The notes: generated by a model from the letters alone, not told the origin. A DNA stretch of 42,735 nt from Candidatus Uhrbacteria bacterium (GCA_016206145.1 JACQSA010000005.1:1-42735); one strand, 5' to 3'; counted from the stretch's first letter, positions 33,612 to 42,587 are shown. Program-made: numbers and translations.

Positions 33612-35934
33612 ATAGCTTGATTTTTTCAAGCGGGATTTTGAGAAGTGTGCCGCCGCTAATGGCAAATAGATCAGATTTTGTGGCAATAATATCTTGTATG
33701 CCATTCGAAAAGAGAGGGGAAGAAACGCTCAGCACGTAGGCGTATGTCCGTTTGTCGAAGACTAAGATTCTTTTTTCGATACTATCAAGAAGATAGAGAT
33801 AGTCAGTCTCATCATTTGTCCACAGTTGCGTGATCTCGGATATGGGATTTTGAAGTACGGGAAGTGGAATCGATCTTGTTTTCTGACCCGCATTGTATAC
33901 ATCGATGGTCATGGCATTTACCAGAACATACACATTACCATCTATTGCAAATTGCCTCGCATTTTGCACCACACTGCCATCACGTATCCATAGCGCTCCC
34001 TCCCCAAACCCTGTTCCCTTTCTGTCATGGCGGGCGATTACTCCTTTTACGCCATCTAAGGTGTACAAGCGTTTATTAAATATTGCGATATCAGTAAGGG
34101 TGCGCCCCCCATCACTATATGGTACCGCTTGCATTGAATCTTCATTTGCATTGTAGGAAAACAATCTATTCGATCCGCTGCATATATATCGCAATGCTTC
34201 TGTGAACGAGGTAGCACACGGGATTGATGATATTTTTGTTTGTGTATTGACTTGTTTCACTTCGCCATTTTTCACATTCACAGTATATATGCCATCCCCA
34301 TTTATCAAGACGAGCGGCATTATGCCGCTTCCCGCAAAGCGAATCGTTTCTGGTGATGGAATGCGTTGGTCAAGAGCCGCAACAACTGTGGGTGCGCCAA
34401 TCTCCACTATGCGAGACACTTTCCCTTGGATTACTCTGTAACGTTCCTGAAGCCGCGAAAGAGTATTCGCAAGATCCGTATTGGTGAGTTTTTGATCTGC
34501 GATATCACGAATAATGCGATCTGCCTCAGACAACGTTTGCTTTGTTTTATCGTCACCTTCATAAATAATGCTCGCCTCGGCAAGGTTTAGGTTCTGCTCG
34601 ATTTTATTGAGTACATCACGTTGCTGAGCTTCGGTTTTTTTTACTGACCGTTTGTCTGCAATACTAAAAAGGCTTTGAATAAAAAGGAGCGCAAATAGTA
34701 TACCTACTATAAAAAGAGCTTTTGAATTTGGCGGGAGAGGGCGAAATTTAGCATCAAATTGCAATTTAATATATTTCCCCATACGGATCATCTGCTTTTG
34801 AGAGACTGGCAGGAGGTTATTTTGTATAAAAGTACGAAGCTTGGAAACGATCGTCACTATACGTGGAATAATGCCACTAGGCAAAGAACGAATTCCTGGA
34901 ATTATATTGTTGTAAAAATGCGACGGTCTATGAAATTGAACCATTCGCACAGAGCGAATGATACGCACGTTGCCGGATACTATATTTTTTGCTTGCGTCC
35001 CAAGGCTTTTTGCGATTGTGAGTGCAATGTAAAGGACGCTGCGAATCATTTTTGTTTTTAAAACTGTGGATGTGCCTTTCTGCTTTTCCAAAAGATTCTC
35101 AATGGAAGAGTGTGAAATAGTGCTTCGTTGTTCCTTTGTATTGACGGGAATGGGCGCGCTCCATGGGTCAATGAATATTGCAGTAAAATCATGTTTTGCA
35201 TTTGCTTTTGAAAGGAGGTGATGGAAGTATTGAGTGAGGGATTCAGTTTTTTGATTCGTAAGAGAATGTTTCAATTGCTCCAATGAAACATAATCAAGAA
35301 ACGCTTGATTACAAAGAACGAGTTTGCTTTGGGGAATTGATATAGCTCCACTAATGACACTTGAAAAAAGCCGCTGAGTGTTTTCTTTGTGTTCATCACT
35401 CGCGGAATCCTGGATATCTATGAGTGAATACGCTGTTGACGGATGAGATCCTTTTGTCGGGTATAGCAGGTGTGCCCGTACTGCTCTGCCATGAGTACAA
35501 AGAAAGAGCGAACCATCCATAATCGCTCCAAGAATAAAATGAATCTTCTGCAGATCAAGGCTTGATGTCTTTGGTGCGTCTTCTATGAGATCCTGTAGCG
35601 CTCTCGAAAGATGCTCATTTGTATATTGCAACGAATGTTCAAAAATGAATTCATAGGGACTCACATTCTCCGAACCAAGAATCTGTTCGATATTGTCCGG
35701 ACTTCGATGATAGAAATCGAGAAAATTTTTTACAATCTGCTCGATGAATGTCCGATAGATCGGAAGCGTATTCTGGATGTGAAAGATGCCCAAAAGAGAT
35801 ATCTTCGTAATTGCACTTTCAATTTCTGGCTCGCAAAATACATAGGACAAATCGTCATTCCTTTTTCCAGGTATTGATAGGTAAGACATTGAAATACTAT
35901 GGTTTTTAGAGCTATTTTCGGGCTTATTCATCAT
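33610..35934 (-). CDS. large hypothetical membrane protein (774 aa)
   Basis: Uninterrupted ORF. It has a ~400-aa N-terminal soluble region, one clear TM (ALFIVGILFALLFIQSLFSIA), a charged helical linker and a ~280-aa beta-rich C-terminal region. No family recognised. Confidence 0.7.
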   Translation of the reverse strand: MMNKPENSSKNHSISMSYLSIPGKRNDDLSYVFCEPEIESAITKISLLGIFHIQNTLPIYRTFIEQIVKNFLDFYHRSPDNIEQILGSENVSPYEFIFEHSLQYTNEHLSRALQDLIEDAPKTSSLDLQKIHFILGAIMDGSLFLCTHGRAVRAHLLYPTKGSHPSTAYSLIDIQDSASDEHKENTQRLFSSVISGAISIPQSKLVLCNQAFLDYVSLEQLKHSLTNQKTESLTQYFHHLLSKANAKHDFTAIFIDPWSAPIPVNTKEQRSTISHSSIENLLEKQKGTSTVLKTKMIRSVLYIALTIAKSLGTQAKNIVSGNVRIIRSVRMVQFHRPSHFYNNIIPGIRSLPSGIIPRIVTIVSKLRTFIQNNLLPVSQKQMIRMGKYIKLQFDAKFRPLPPNSKALFIVGILFALLFIQSLFSIADKRSVKKTEAQQRDVLNKIEQNLNLAEASIIYEGDDKTKQTLSEADRIIRDIADQKLTNTDLANTLSRLQERYRVIQGKVSRIVEIGAPTVVAALDQRIPSPETIRFAGSGIMPLVLINGDGIYTVNVKNGEVKQVNTQTKISSIPCATSFTEALRYICSGSNRLFSYNANEDSMQAVPYSDGGRTLTDIAIFNKRLYTLDGVKGVIARHDRKGTGFGEGALWIRDGSVVQNARQFAIDGNVYVLVNAMTIDVYNAGQKTRSIPLPVLQNPISEITQLWTNDETDYLYLLDSIEKRILVFDKRTYAYVLSVSSPLFSNGIQDIIATKSDLFAISGGTLLKIPLEKIKL

Positions 35935-36053
35935 GTCCGTAATAAGGGGTTTACAAATATGCTAATACTATACTATACTCATTCTGATGGCGCAAGAACT
36001 AACAATGAACATTTTTAGTATTCAATCATAAGCTAATCATTCGCAGTAGATAT

Positions 36054-36695
36054 ATGCTTGAACAATTATTTGGCTCAAGGACCAGAACACGCCTTCTTCA
36101 TCTTTTTTTAAAGAATCCGCAGGAGAAATTTTTTATTAGAGAATTGACAAGGAAAATAGATACGCAAATCAATTCTGTACGCAGAGAATTAAAAAATCTT
36201 CGCGAGTGCGGAATCATTGATGAGGTTCTTGACAACAGCACAGCATCAAATAATTCAGTACTTATTCCTCCCACAAAAAAAACTAGTCGGAAAAAAGACA
36301 GCACTTTACGCAAATATTTTCAGGCGAACAATACATTTCTCTTATTTGATGAGTTGAAGGAGCTTTTTTTAAAGAGCCCATTACTTTTGCAAAATCGATT
36401 TGTGCGCGAAATATCGCTATTCGGCGCAATTGATTACGCGTTGATGTCTGGTTTTTTTGTCGGGAGGTCTGATACTCCTGTTGATCTTTTGATTGTGGGC
36501 GATGTCGATAGGCATAAGCTCGCTCGTTTCATTTCATCATTAGAGAAAGAAATCGATCAGGAAATCAATTACGCCTTGATGAAGCTTTCCGAGTATCATT
36601 ATCGAAAGAGTATTACTGATCGATTTCTCTTTACGATCCTAGAGGGAAAGAAAATCGTGCTCATTGATCGGCTCCCTGTGCGTGAGAAGTCCTAG
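36054..36695 (+). CDS. winged-helix (ArsR-like) transcriptional regulator with C-terminal NTase-like domain
   Basis: LFGSRTRTRLLHLFLKNPQEKFFIRELTRKIDTQINSVRRELKNLRECGII is a wHTH. The C-terminal FGAIDYALMSGFFVGRSDTPVDLLIVGDVD resembles a degenerate nucleotidyltransferase fold. Confidence 0.7.
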   Translation: MLEQLFGSRTRTRLLHLFLKNPQEKFFIRELTRKIDTQINSVRRELKNLRECGIIDEVLDNSTASNNSVLIPPTKKTSRKKDSTLRKYFQANNTFLLFDELKELFLKSPLLLQNRFVREISLFGAIDYALMSGFFVGRSDTPVDLLIVGDVDRHKLARFISSLEKEIDQEINYALMKLSEYHYRKSITDRFLFTILEGKKIVLIDRLPVREKS

Positions 36696-36720
36696 CGACA
36701 TATTTTCCTGATGTGCTATA

Positions 36721-36908
36721 GTAACATTGAGACTGTAGAAAAATATCAGGTGTTACTTTCTTCCGGCTCCTTTGCAGCCCAATTTCGCCCCAAAAAGTCG
36801 CTAAACTTGTCAGAATACTCCAGTATTCTTCCGTATTCATCATCCTTTTTGGAACAAAATTGAATCGGAAATGACCAGGAAGCTATTTTTCTACAATCTC
36901 AATGTTAC
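36721..36908. repeat. composite element: 25-bp inverted repeat enclosing the structured core, copy B
   Basis: GTAACATTGAGACTGTAGAAAAATA (36721-36745) against TATTTTTCTACAATCTCAATGTTAC (36884-36908) is 24/25 complementary. The single C-A mismatch becomes G-U on the - strand. The arms are homologous to the family H hairpins. Confidence 0.6.
36760..36882 (-). ncRNA. candidate structured RNA, copy B (paralog of 10099-10220)
   Basis: Same three-helix layout as copy A: outer CTTCCGG/CCAGGAAG, helix 2 at 36787-36797 with 36845-36855, and a hairpin at 36812-36829. Single-stranded blocks are conserved (+ strand: CTCCTTT, GCCCAATTTC, CGCTRAACT, ATTCATCAT). Confidence 0.45.
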
Positions 36909-36923
36909 TCAAATGTATGGAAT

Positions 36924-37427
36924 ATGCCGTTGTTACAAGAAGAAGTTACATTGGATAGTGACGAAAAAATAATTGGTTTTTTTCGGCCTCATATTTTTTT
37001 TGTCATAGCGTGGGGATTGCCGCTGGCGTTGGGGCTGGTTGTGCTTTTTATTTTTATGTTCAAGATTTTTCAGATCGGTGTGATTGGGGTAGCGCTTTTT
37101 TTTGTTGTCTTTTTTTTCTTTGTATTCTTGCTTTCAAGCAGAGTGGTAGCATGGTATGGTACGCTTTGTGTCCTTACGAACAGAAGGTTGCTTTCAATTC
37201 GAAGAGTCAGTCTTTTAAAAAAACAAGTGACTGAGGTTCTTTTAGGCAACATCTCTGAACTCTCCTATACGACAAAGGGAATTATTCAGACAATACTTCG
37301 TTTTGGCAATGTGCATCTGACAGTATTTGCGACCAATACAAAATTCACCCTTCATAATATACCGTATCCTCAGCAAGTGATGGATGTCATTTCCGGACAG
37401 ATTGCAACGCGAAAGGGTTCTGTATGA
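36924..37427 (+). CDS. bacterial PH-domain (bPH_2/YdbS-like) membrane protein
   Basis: DEKIIGFFRPH, then two TM helices, then a PH-like beta region (LCVLTNRRLLSIRR...). Confidence 0.65.
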   Translation: MPLLQEEVTLDSDEKIIGFFRPHIFFVIAWGLPLALGLVVLFIFMFKIFQIGVIGVALFFVVFFFFVFLLSSRVVAWYGTLCVLTNRRLLSIRRVSLLKKQVTEVLLGNISELSYTTKGIIQTILRFGNVHLTVFATNTKFTLHNIPYPQQVMDVISGQIATRKGSV

Positions 37428-37831
37428 GTGTGTTTCAGCAATTGATTAGGTCGCGGCTTGCGACTATTGTCATAGGTATATTTTTGCTTGCAACGCTTTA
37501 TCAGACAATACGAGTCGCATATAAGTCGTATGAAACCCAGACGCAAATCGCTGCGCTACAATCTCAAATTGATCAAAGTATAAAAAAACGAGAACAGCTT
37601 ACGCAATTGCAAGCCCTGCTCCAAAGCGATTTTTTTGCGGAACGCGAGGCTCGAATAAAACTTGGAATGAAGAAATCGAATGAGCAGGTTGCGGTAATAC
37701 CGATCCAGGATGACGGTAGCAAAGGCGGATCTGAGTTTTTTGAGAACGCAAAAAAATCAATGCTTGAAAAGGAAGGTTCAAAAACAAATAATTCCACATT
37801 GTGGTGGAAATATTTTTTTTCCAGGAAATAG
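37424..37831 (+). CDS. septum formation initiator FtsB/DivIC-like protein
   Basis: Single N-terminal TM, a coiled coil (IAALQSQIDQSIKKREQLTQLQALLQS) and DFFAEREARIKLGMKKSNEQV, typical of DivIC/FtsB. ATGA overlap with the upstream gene. Confidence 0.65.
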   Translation: MSVFQQLIRSRLATIVIGIFLLATLYQTIRVAYKSYETQTQIAALQSQIDQSIKKREQLTQLQALLQSDFFAEREARIKLGMKKSNEQVAVIPIQDDGSKGGSEFFENAKKSMLEKEGSKTNNSTLWWKYFFSRK

Positions 37832-37851
37832 GTCGGGCATTAATTTTCTCG

Positions 37852-37925
37852 TGGAGCCCCCTGTCAGAATCGAACTGACACTTGTGGTTTACGATACCAC
37901 TGTTCTGCCATTGAACTAAGGGGGC
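37852..37925 (-). tRNA. tRNA-Thr (anticodon CGT), CCA encoded
   Basis: The hand-folded cloverleaf has acceptor GCCCCCT/AGGGGGC, D stem GTTC/GAAC and anticodon stem GTGGT/ACCAC. The anticodon loop is ATCGTAA and the T arm GTCAG-TTCGATT-CTGAC. Discriminator T, then CCA. Confidence 0.9.
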
Positions 37926-37985
37926 ATACGTTTTTATTTGAGACAACAACTTGCGTGCGCGGACTCACTTTGCTATCATATCCAC

Positions 37986-38234
37986 ATGCATATCATTTTC
38001 TATACAAAATCCGGATGTCCTTGGTGCGATGAAGTTCGCACACTTTTAGAGTCGAAGGGCGTTGCTTTTGAAGAACGTGAATGTCGGAACAGTAAGGAAA
38101 ACTATAATGAACTTGTGAAGAAATCCGGCCAAACGCTCACTCCTACATTAGACATTGACGGTGAGATTATCGCCGATACAGATGTATCGGCAGTAGCAGA
38201 ATATTTCCAAAAAAAAGGAATCTCAGGTTTTTAA
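37986..38234 (+). CDS. glutaredoxin-like protein
   Basis: IIFYTKSGCPWCDEVRTLL (CPWC active site) and TLTPTLDIDGE. The ATG at 37986 is preferred; the track ORF starts at a TTG at 37938. TGCTATCAT ends 6 nt before this ATG. Confidence 0.75.
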   Translation: MHIIFYTKSGCPWCDEVRTLLESKGVAFEERECRNSKENYNELVKKSGQTLTPTLDIDGEIIADTDVSAVAEYFQKKGISGF

Positions 38235-38284
38235 TACTATATAAAAAAACAAATCCCCGCAAGTCTTTTTTTCCGATCACCTTT

Positions 38285-39982
38285 ATGAAAAATCATAAAT
38301 ATATTTTTATCGTTGGCGGAGTAATGTCAGGCGTTGGCAAGGGCATTGCGTGCGCTTCCATTGGAAAAATTCTCCAATCCCGAGGATTTCGTGTAAATCC
38401 GATTAAGATCGACCCCTATCTAAATGTGGATGCGGGCACTATGAACCCAAAGGAGCACGGGGAGGTCTTTGTGCTTGAGAGCGGACTTGAGTGCGATCAG
38501 GATATGGGGAACTATGAGAGGTTTATGGATGTTGCCCTGCATGAAGAAAATTACATGACGAACGGGATGGTATTTAAGACCGTGATCGACCGCGAACGCA
38601 GTTTAGGATATAACGGCCGATGCGTCGAACCGTTGTTTCATATTGTGGAAGAATCACTTGCGCGCATCCACGCATCAGTAAAAAAATCAGAAGCAGATAT
38701 CACTTTGGTTGAAATTGGCGGCACAGTCGGTGAATACCAAAATGCGCTTTTTGTTGAAGCCGCACGCACTATGAAGCTTCGGAATCCAGAGGACGTAATT
38801 TTTGTACTAGTAAGCTATCTGCCGATCCCGCATATGGTAGGGGAGATGAAAACGAAACCTACTCAGTATGCAATTCGGACAATGAATACATACGGAGTAA
38901 ATCCGGATATTATCATCGCACGTGCAGAACGGCCCCTTGACGATCAGAGAAAAAGAAAAATTGCTGATTTTGGTAATATCCCGTATGAAAATATTATTTC
39001 AGCTCCCGATGTCGAGATGATTTATGACGTTCCTTTGAATTTTGACAAAGACGGTTTGAGCGATATCATCCTTTCTCTCTTGCATATGAAAGGCAAACTA
39101 AAATCGGACATGTTGCCGTGGAGGAAAATGGTGCAGAAAGCAAAGAAAGCAGAAGACGAAGTTACGATTGCGCTGATCGGAAAATACTTCAAAACAGGAG
39201 ATTATTTTCTTTCCGACGTATATATTTCAGTGATTGAATCCCTCAAGCATGCCGCGTATCTCATTGACTGTAAACCGAAATTCGAATGGATTGATTCTTT
39301 GGACTACGAAGAAGATCCTTCGCTTGTAAGTACACTCTCTTCCTATGATGGCATTTTAGTTCCGGGAGGATTTGGTTCGAGGGGCATTGAAGGAAAAATC
39401 CAAGCTATCCGTTATGTGCGGGAAAAAAAGATCCCATACTTCGGCCTTTGCTACGGCATGCAGCTTGCATTGGTTGAGTATGCAAGAAATGAGATGGGTT
39501 TTGCAGACGCGCATACTACTGAAGTCCATAGAAAAACTTCTCATCCCGTGATTGATATCCTGCCTGAACAAGTCGAAAATCTTCGAAGCGGCAATTATGG
39601 AGCAAGTATGCGCCTTGGCGTGTATCCTGCAGTGTTAGTGAAGGGCACCATTGCCTACCATGCGTACTCTCATGCCACGCAAGGGAGATGGTCTCCTGCT
39701 CAATCATCTGAAAATGAATTTAGAATCAAAGAGCGGCATCGCCACCGTTATGAAGTCAATCCTGAGTATGTAACTCAGTTTGAAAAAAATGGCGTCATGT
39801 TTTCAGGCGTGTCGCCCGATCGAGTGCTCATGGAGATAATGGAACTGCCACAAGAAACACATCCCTTTTTTGTAGCGACGCAGTTTCATCCTGAGTTTAC
39901 AGGAAGCCTATTGCATCCACACCCGTTGTTTACTGAATTTATCCGAGTTGCAAGTGAACGCAGGAAATCAAAGAAAAAATGA
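38285..39982 (+). CDS. pyrG: CTP synthase
   Basis: KYIFIVGGVMSGVGKGI, DPYLNVDAGTMNP, GLCYGMQL (GATase Cys) and HRHRYEVN. Confidence 0.95.
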   Translation: MKNHKYIFIVGGVMSGVGKGIACASIGKILQSRGFRVNPIKIDPYLNVDAGTMNPKEHGEVFVLESGLECDQDMGNYERFMDVALHEENYMTNGMVFKTVIDRERSLGYNGRCVEPLFHIVEESLARIHASVKKSEADITLVEIGGTVGEYQNALFVEAARTMKLRNPEDVIFVLVSYLPIPHMVGEMKTKPTQYAIRTMNTYGVNPDIIIARAERPLDDQRKRKIADFGNIPYENIISAPDVEMIYDVPLNFDKDGLSDIILSLLHMKGKLKSDMLPWRKMVQKAKKAEDEVTIALIGKYFKTGDYFLSDVYISVIESLKHAAYLIDCKPKFEWIDSLDYEEDPSLVSTLSSYDGILVPGGFGSRGIEGKIQAIRYVREKKIPYFGLCYGMQLALVEYARNEMGFADAHTTEVHRKTSHPVIDILPEQVENLRSGNYGASMRLGVYPAVLVKGTIAYHAYSHATQGRWSPAQSSENEFRIKERHRHRYEVNPEYVTQFEKNGVMFSGVSPDRVLMEIMELPQETHPFFVATQFHPEFTGSLLHPHPLFTEFIRVASERRKSKKK

Positions 39983-40005
39983 ACTTCCGACATTCAAATC
40001 ACTTT

Positions 40006-40079
40006 TGGAGCGGGTAACGGGAATCGGACCCGTGTCTCATGCTTGGGAAGCATGCATACTACCATTGTACTATACCCGC
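40006..40079 (-). tRNA. tRNA-Gly (anticodon CCC), CCA encoded
   Basis: The hand-folded cloverleaf has acceptor GCGGGTA/TACCCGC and anticodon stem CATGC/GCATG with loop TTCCCAA. The T arm is ACGGG-TCCGATT-CCCGT. The T-loop reads TCCGATT, so position 55 is C. Confidence 0.85.
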
Positions 40080-40129
40080 CTATACGGTACTCAAAAAATT
40101 TGATATACTCACGAAGTATATCCATAGAG

Positions 40130-40834
40130 ATGAAATTTTACAAGATTTTGGAGAGTATTGTTTTTAGCATTCCATTACTGTTTATAAGTAATTCTGTCTA
40201 TGCTACGCAGGATATCGTTTCAAAAGATTGTGGTATGCGCATACCGCGTATGAATATTGAATCGGACACAATCACTCTGCGAAAGATTGACGGCATATTG
40301 GTTGATAGTTTTTTTCCGAGCAATGAGCGTATGAAGCGTTTGAGCAAAGTGTGTGAGTTTGCACTTGGAGAGGAAACGAAATATAATAAGGAAGCGCACG
40401 TTACGGTTTTTTTTGAGTATGAAAAAACTGATTTTCGTCCGCGGGTCTCTACATGGGATCAGATGAAAAAATTATGGATACCCTATCCAAGTACCATGAA
40501 TAGAAAGACTGAGACTGTCAGCGCTGATCTGCCGTTTAAAAAACAATATATTGCAGTTTTTGCGGATGAGAGCTTGGAATATATGGGGCTTGCAAGCTGG
40601 TATCGCCATTCACGGTATCCCATGGGATCTGCAACAAATATTTTTCCGATTGGGACGAAATTAAAAGTGACGAATCGCGACACAGGCAAAGATACTATGG
40701 TTACAGTGACATCTACATGGACCAATAAAGATAAGAGGCGCGTGATAGACCTTGTGCGTACCGCATTTGAGAAAATTGCAAATCCACGGGAGGGTTTAAT
40801 TCGGGTACTAATAGAACGTATTTCGGAATCATGA
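40130..40834 (+). CDS. RlpA-like (double-psi beta-barrel) secreted protein
   Basis: Signal-like N-terminus MKFYKILESIVFSIPLLFISNSVYA. The C-terminal GLASWYRH...IFPIGTKLKVTNRDTGKDTMVTVTSTW...RVIDLVRTAFEKIA resembles the RlpA DPBB domain. The start was trimmed from 40043 because that extension overlaps tRNA-Gly. Confidence 0.65.
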   Translation: MKFYKILESIVFSIPLLFISNSVYATQDIVSKDCGMRIPRMNIESDTITLRKIDGILVDSFFPSNERMKRLSKVCEFALGEETKYNKEAHVTVFFEYEKTDFRPRVSTWDQMKKLWIPYPSTMNRKTETVSADLPFKKQYIAVFADESLEYMGLASWYRHSRYPMGSATNIFPIGTKLKVTNRDTGKDTMVTVTSTWTNKDKRRVIDLVRTAFEKIANPREGLIRVLIERISES

Positions 40835-41511
40835 TTAAATTTGATAGTGTTCACAAAACATATCCAGGCAATATCGAAGTCCTCAAAGACGTGACGTTTT
40901 CAGTAGGAAGCGGTGAATTCGTTTTTTTGGTTGGCCAGAGCGGTGCGGGCAAATCAACCTTGGTTAAGCTTTTGACTTCTGAAGAGAGGCCGTCGAAAGG
41001 AAGAGTAGAGGTTGGCGGGTGGGATATTACGCGCATTCCCCGTCGCGATATTCCACGTTTAAGAAGGCAAATTGGAGTTGTGTATCAGGACTTTAAACTT
41101 ATTGAAAAGAAAACACTGTGGGAAAATGTTGCATTTGCCCTTGAAGTCTGCGGAGAGTCATTTCATACGGTCCGTACCGTAGTGCCGCAAGTTCTCAATA
41201 TTGTGGGGCTGGAGGAAAAAGCTGATCGATATCCACAGCAGCTCTCGGGAGGAGAACAGCAACGGGCGGCGATTGCTCGTGCGCTTGTAAATCGTCCGAA
41301 ATTATTGATTGCTGATGAGCCGACAGGAGACCTTGACTCACTCACCGCAAAAGGAATTGTTGACCTTTTATTGCGGATCAATTCAGTCGGTACCACCATT
41401 CTCTTTGTCACTCACAATCGAGAAATCGTCAATATGCTGAAACGCCGCGTGATTCTTATTCATGACGGCGGAGTAAGATCAGATAAATCACGAGCTAAAT
41501 ATTTTTTATAA
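40831..41511 (+). CDS. ftsE: cell-division ABC ATPase FtsE
   Basis: GQSGAGKSTL (Walker A), LSGGEQQR (signature), LLIADEPTGDLD (Walker B), and its position upstream of ftsX. Confidence 0.92.
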   Translation: MIKFDSVHKTYPGNIEVLKDVTFSVGSGEFVFLVGQSGAGKSTLVKLLTSEERPSKGRVEVGGWDITRIPRRDIPRLRRQIGVVYQDFKLIEKKTLWENVAFALEVCGESFHTVRTVVPQVLNIVGLEEKADRYPQQLSGGEQQRAAIARALVNRPKLLIADEPTGDLDSLTAKGIVDLLLRINSVGTTILFVTHNREIVNMLKRRVILIHDGGVRSDKSRAKYFL

Positions 41512-41518
41512 TCAAGAT

Positions 41519-42439
41519 ATGTTGCGAGCACACGCTCGAATAGTAAAATTTGCATTGCAGAATTTTTTCAGAAATTTTTGGCTTTCTGCAGTTACGATTT
41601 TTATTCTTACGCTTTCGTTTCTCACGGTGAATTTTTTTATCCTCGCAAACGGTTTTACTGATGCCGTTGTGCAACGCATTGAAGATCGCATCACGATTAA
41701 AGTGTACTTTGCGCCTTCCACACAAGAAAGTGATGTAAAAGTATTTGCAGACCAGATCGGAGCGCTTCCTCAAGTTGCCTTGGTAACCTATATTTCCAAA
41801 CAGCAAGCGCTCGATGAATTTAAGTCAGGTTTTGCAGATCAAGAGAATGCGCGTATCGAAGAAGCGTTAGGTGAACTTGAAACGAATCCTTTGCCTTCAA
41901 GCGTTTTAATAAGTGCGCATACGGTGGAAGACTATCCTGCGATCCTTTCTGCGATAGACCAAAGCGCATATGCGGGATTGATAGAGAAGCGCAGTTACGA
42001 TGATCATCGAGGGTTTTTGACAACATTGGAACAAATGAAAAAAAAGATCCGTGAAGCCGGCACAGGGATCACTATATTTTTTGCATTGATCATTGCACTG
42101 ATTGTCTATAATACAATCCGAATCACGATTTATTCGCGTCGTAAAGAGTTTGGGATCATGAAGCTCGTCGGTGCGAGCAATTGGTTTATCCGCGCGCCTC
42201 TTATTCTTGAAAGCATTTTCTACTCATTGGCTTCGCTTGCGCTGACTATCTTGATACTCTATCCGACGCTTAGTTTTCTCCAGCCCTATATCGCACGATA
42301 TTTTGATGGACTCGCATTTGATGTGCTTGGATATTTTAACAGTAGTTTTGTCGAGATCTTTGGGTATCAGCTTGCCTCTTCATTAGTATTAAATATTCTC
42401 ACATCGGGACTTGCGATCGGAAGGTATTTGAGGGTGTAG
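41519..42439 (+). CDS. ftsX: cell-division permease-like protein FtsX
   Basis: N-terminal TM, a periplasmic-type domain, then three C-terminal TM helices with EFGIMKLVGASNWFIRAPLILE. Confidence 0.88.
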   Translation: MLRAHARIVKFALQNFFRNFWLSAVTIFILTLSFLTVNFFILANGFTDAVVQRIEDRITIKVYFAPSTQESDVKVFADQIGALPQVALVTYISKQQALDEFKSGFADQENARIEEALGELETNPLPSSVLISAHTVEDYPAILSAIDQSAYAGLIEKRSYDDHRGFLTTLEQMKKKIREAGTGITIFFALIIALIVYNTIRITIYSRRKEFGIMKLVGASNWFIRAPLILESIFYSLASLALTILILYPTLSFLQPYIARYFDGLAFDVLGYFNSSFVEIFGYQLASSLVLNILTSGLAIGRYLRV

Positions 42440-42498
42440 AAGTACTGTTTACAGAATCAACAGCGAGTGATACGATTTCATTCAAAGTAATTTACTAA

Positions 42499-42569
42499 TG
42501 GGGGGTCGTCTAACGGCAGGACAGCAGCCTTTGAAGCTGTATATGAAGGTTCGATTCCTTCCCCCCCAG
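42499..42569 (+). tRNA. tRNA-Gln (anticodon TTG), CCA not encoded
   Basis: The hand-folded cloverleaf has acceptor TGGGGGG/CCCCCCA (U1-A72, as in bacterial tRNA-Gln) and D stem GTCT/GGAC. The anticodon stem is GCAGC/GCTGT with loop CTTTGAA, and the T arm is GAAGG-TTCGATT-CCTTC. Discriminator G. Confidence 0.88.
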
Positions 42570-42587
42570 GAAAAATGCATTTTGTGC

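Noticed and set aside
40043-40129. N-terminal extension of the RlpA-like ORF (the track start at 40043).
   Set aside because: The extension overlaps tRNA-Gly on the opposite strand (40006-40079). The internal ATG at 40130 begins a clean signal peptide.
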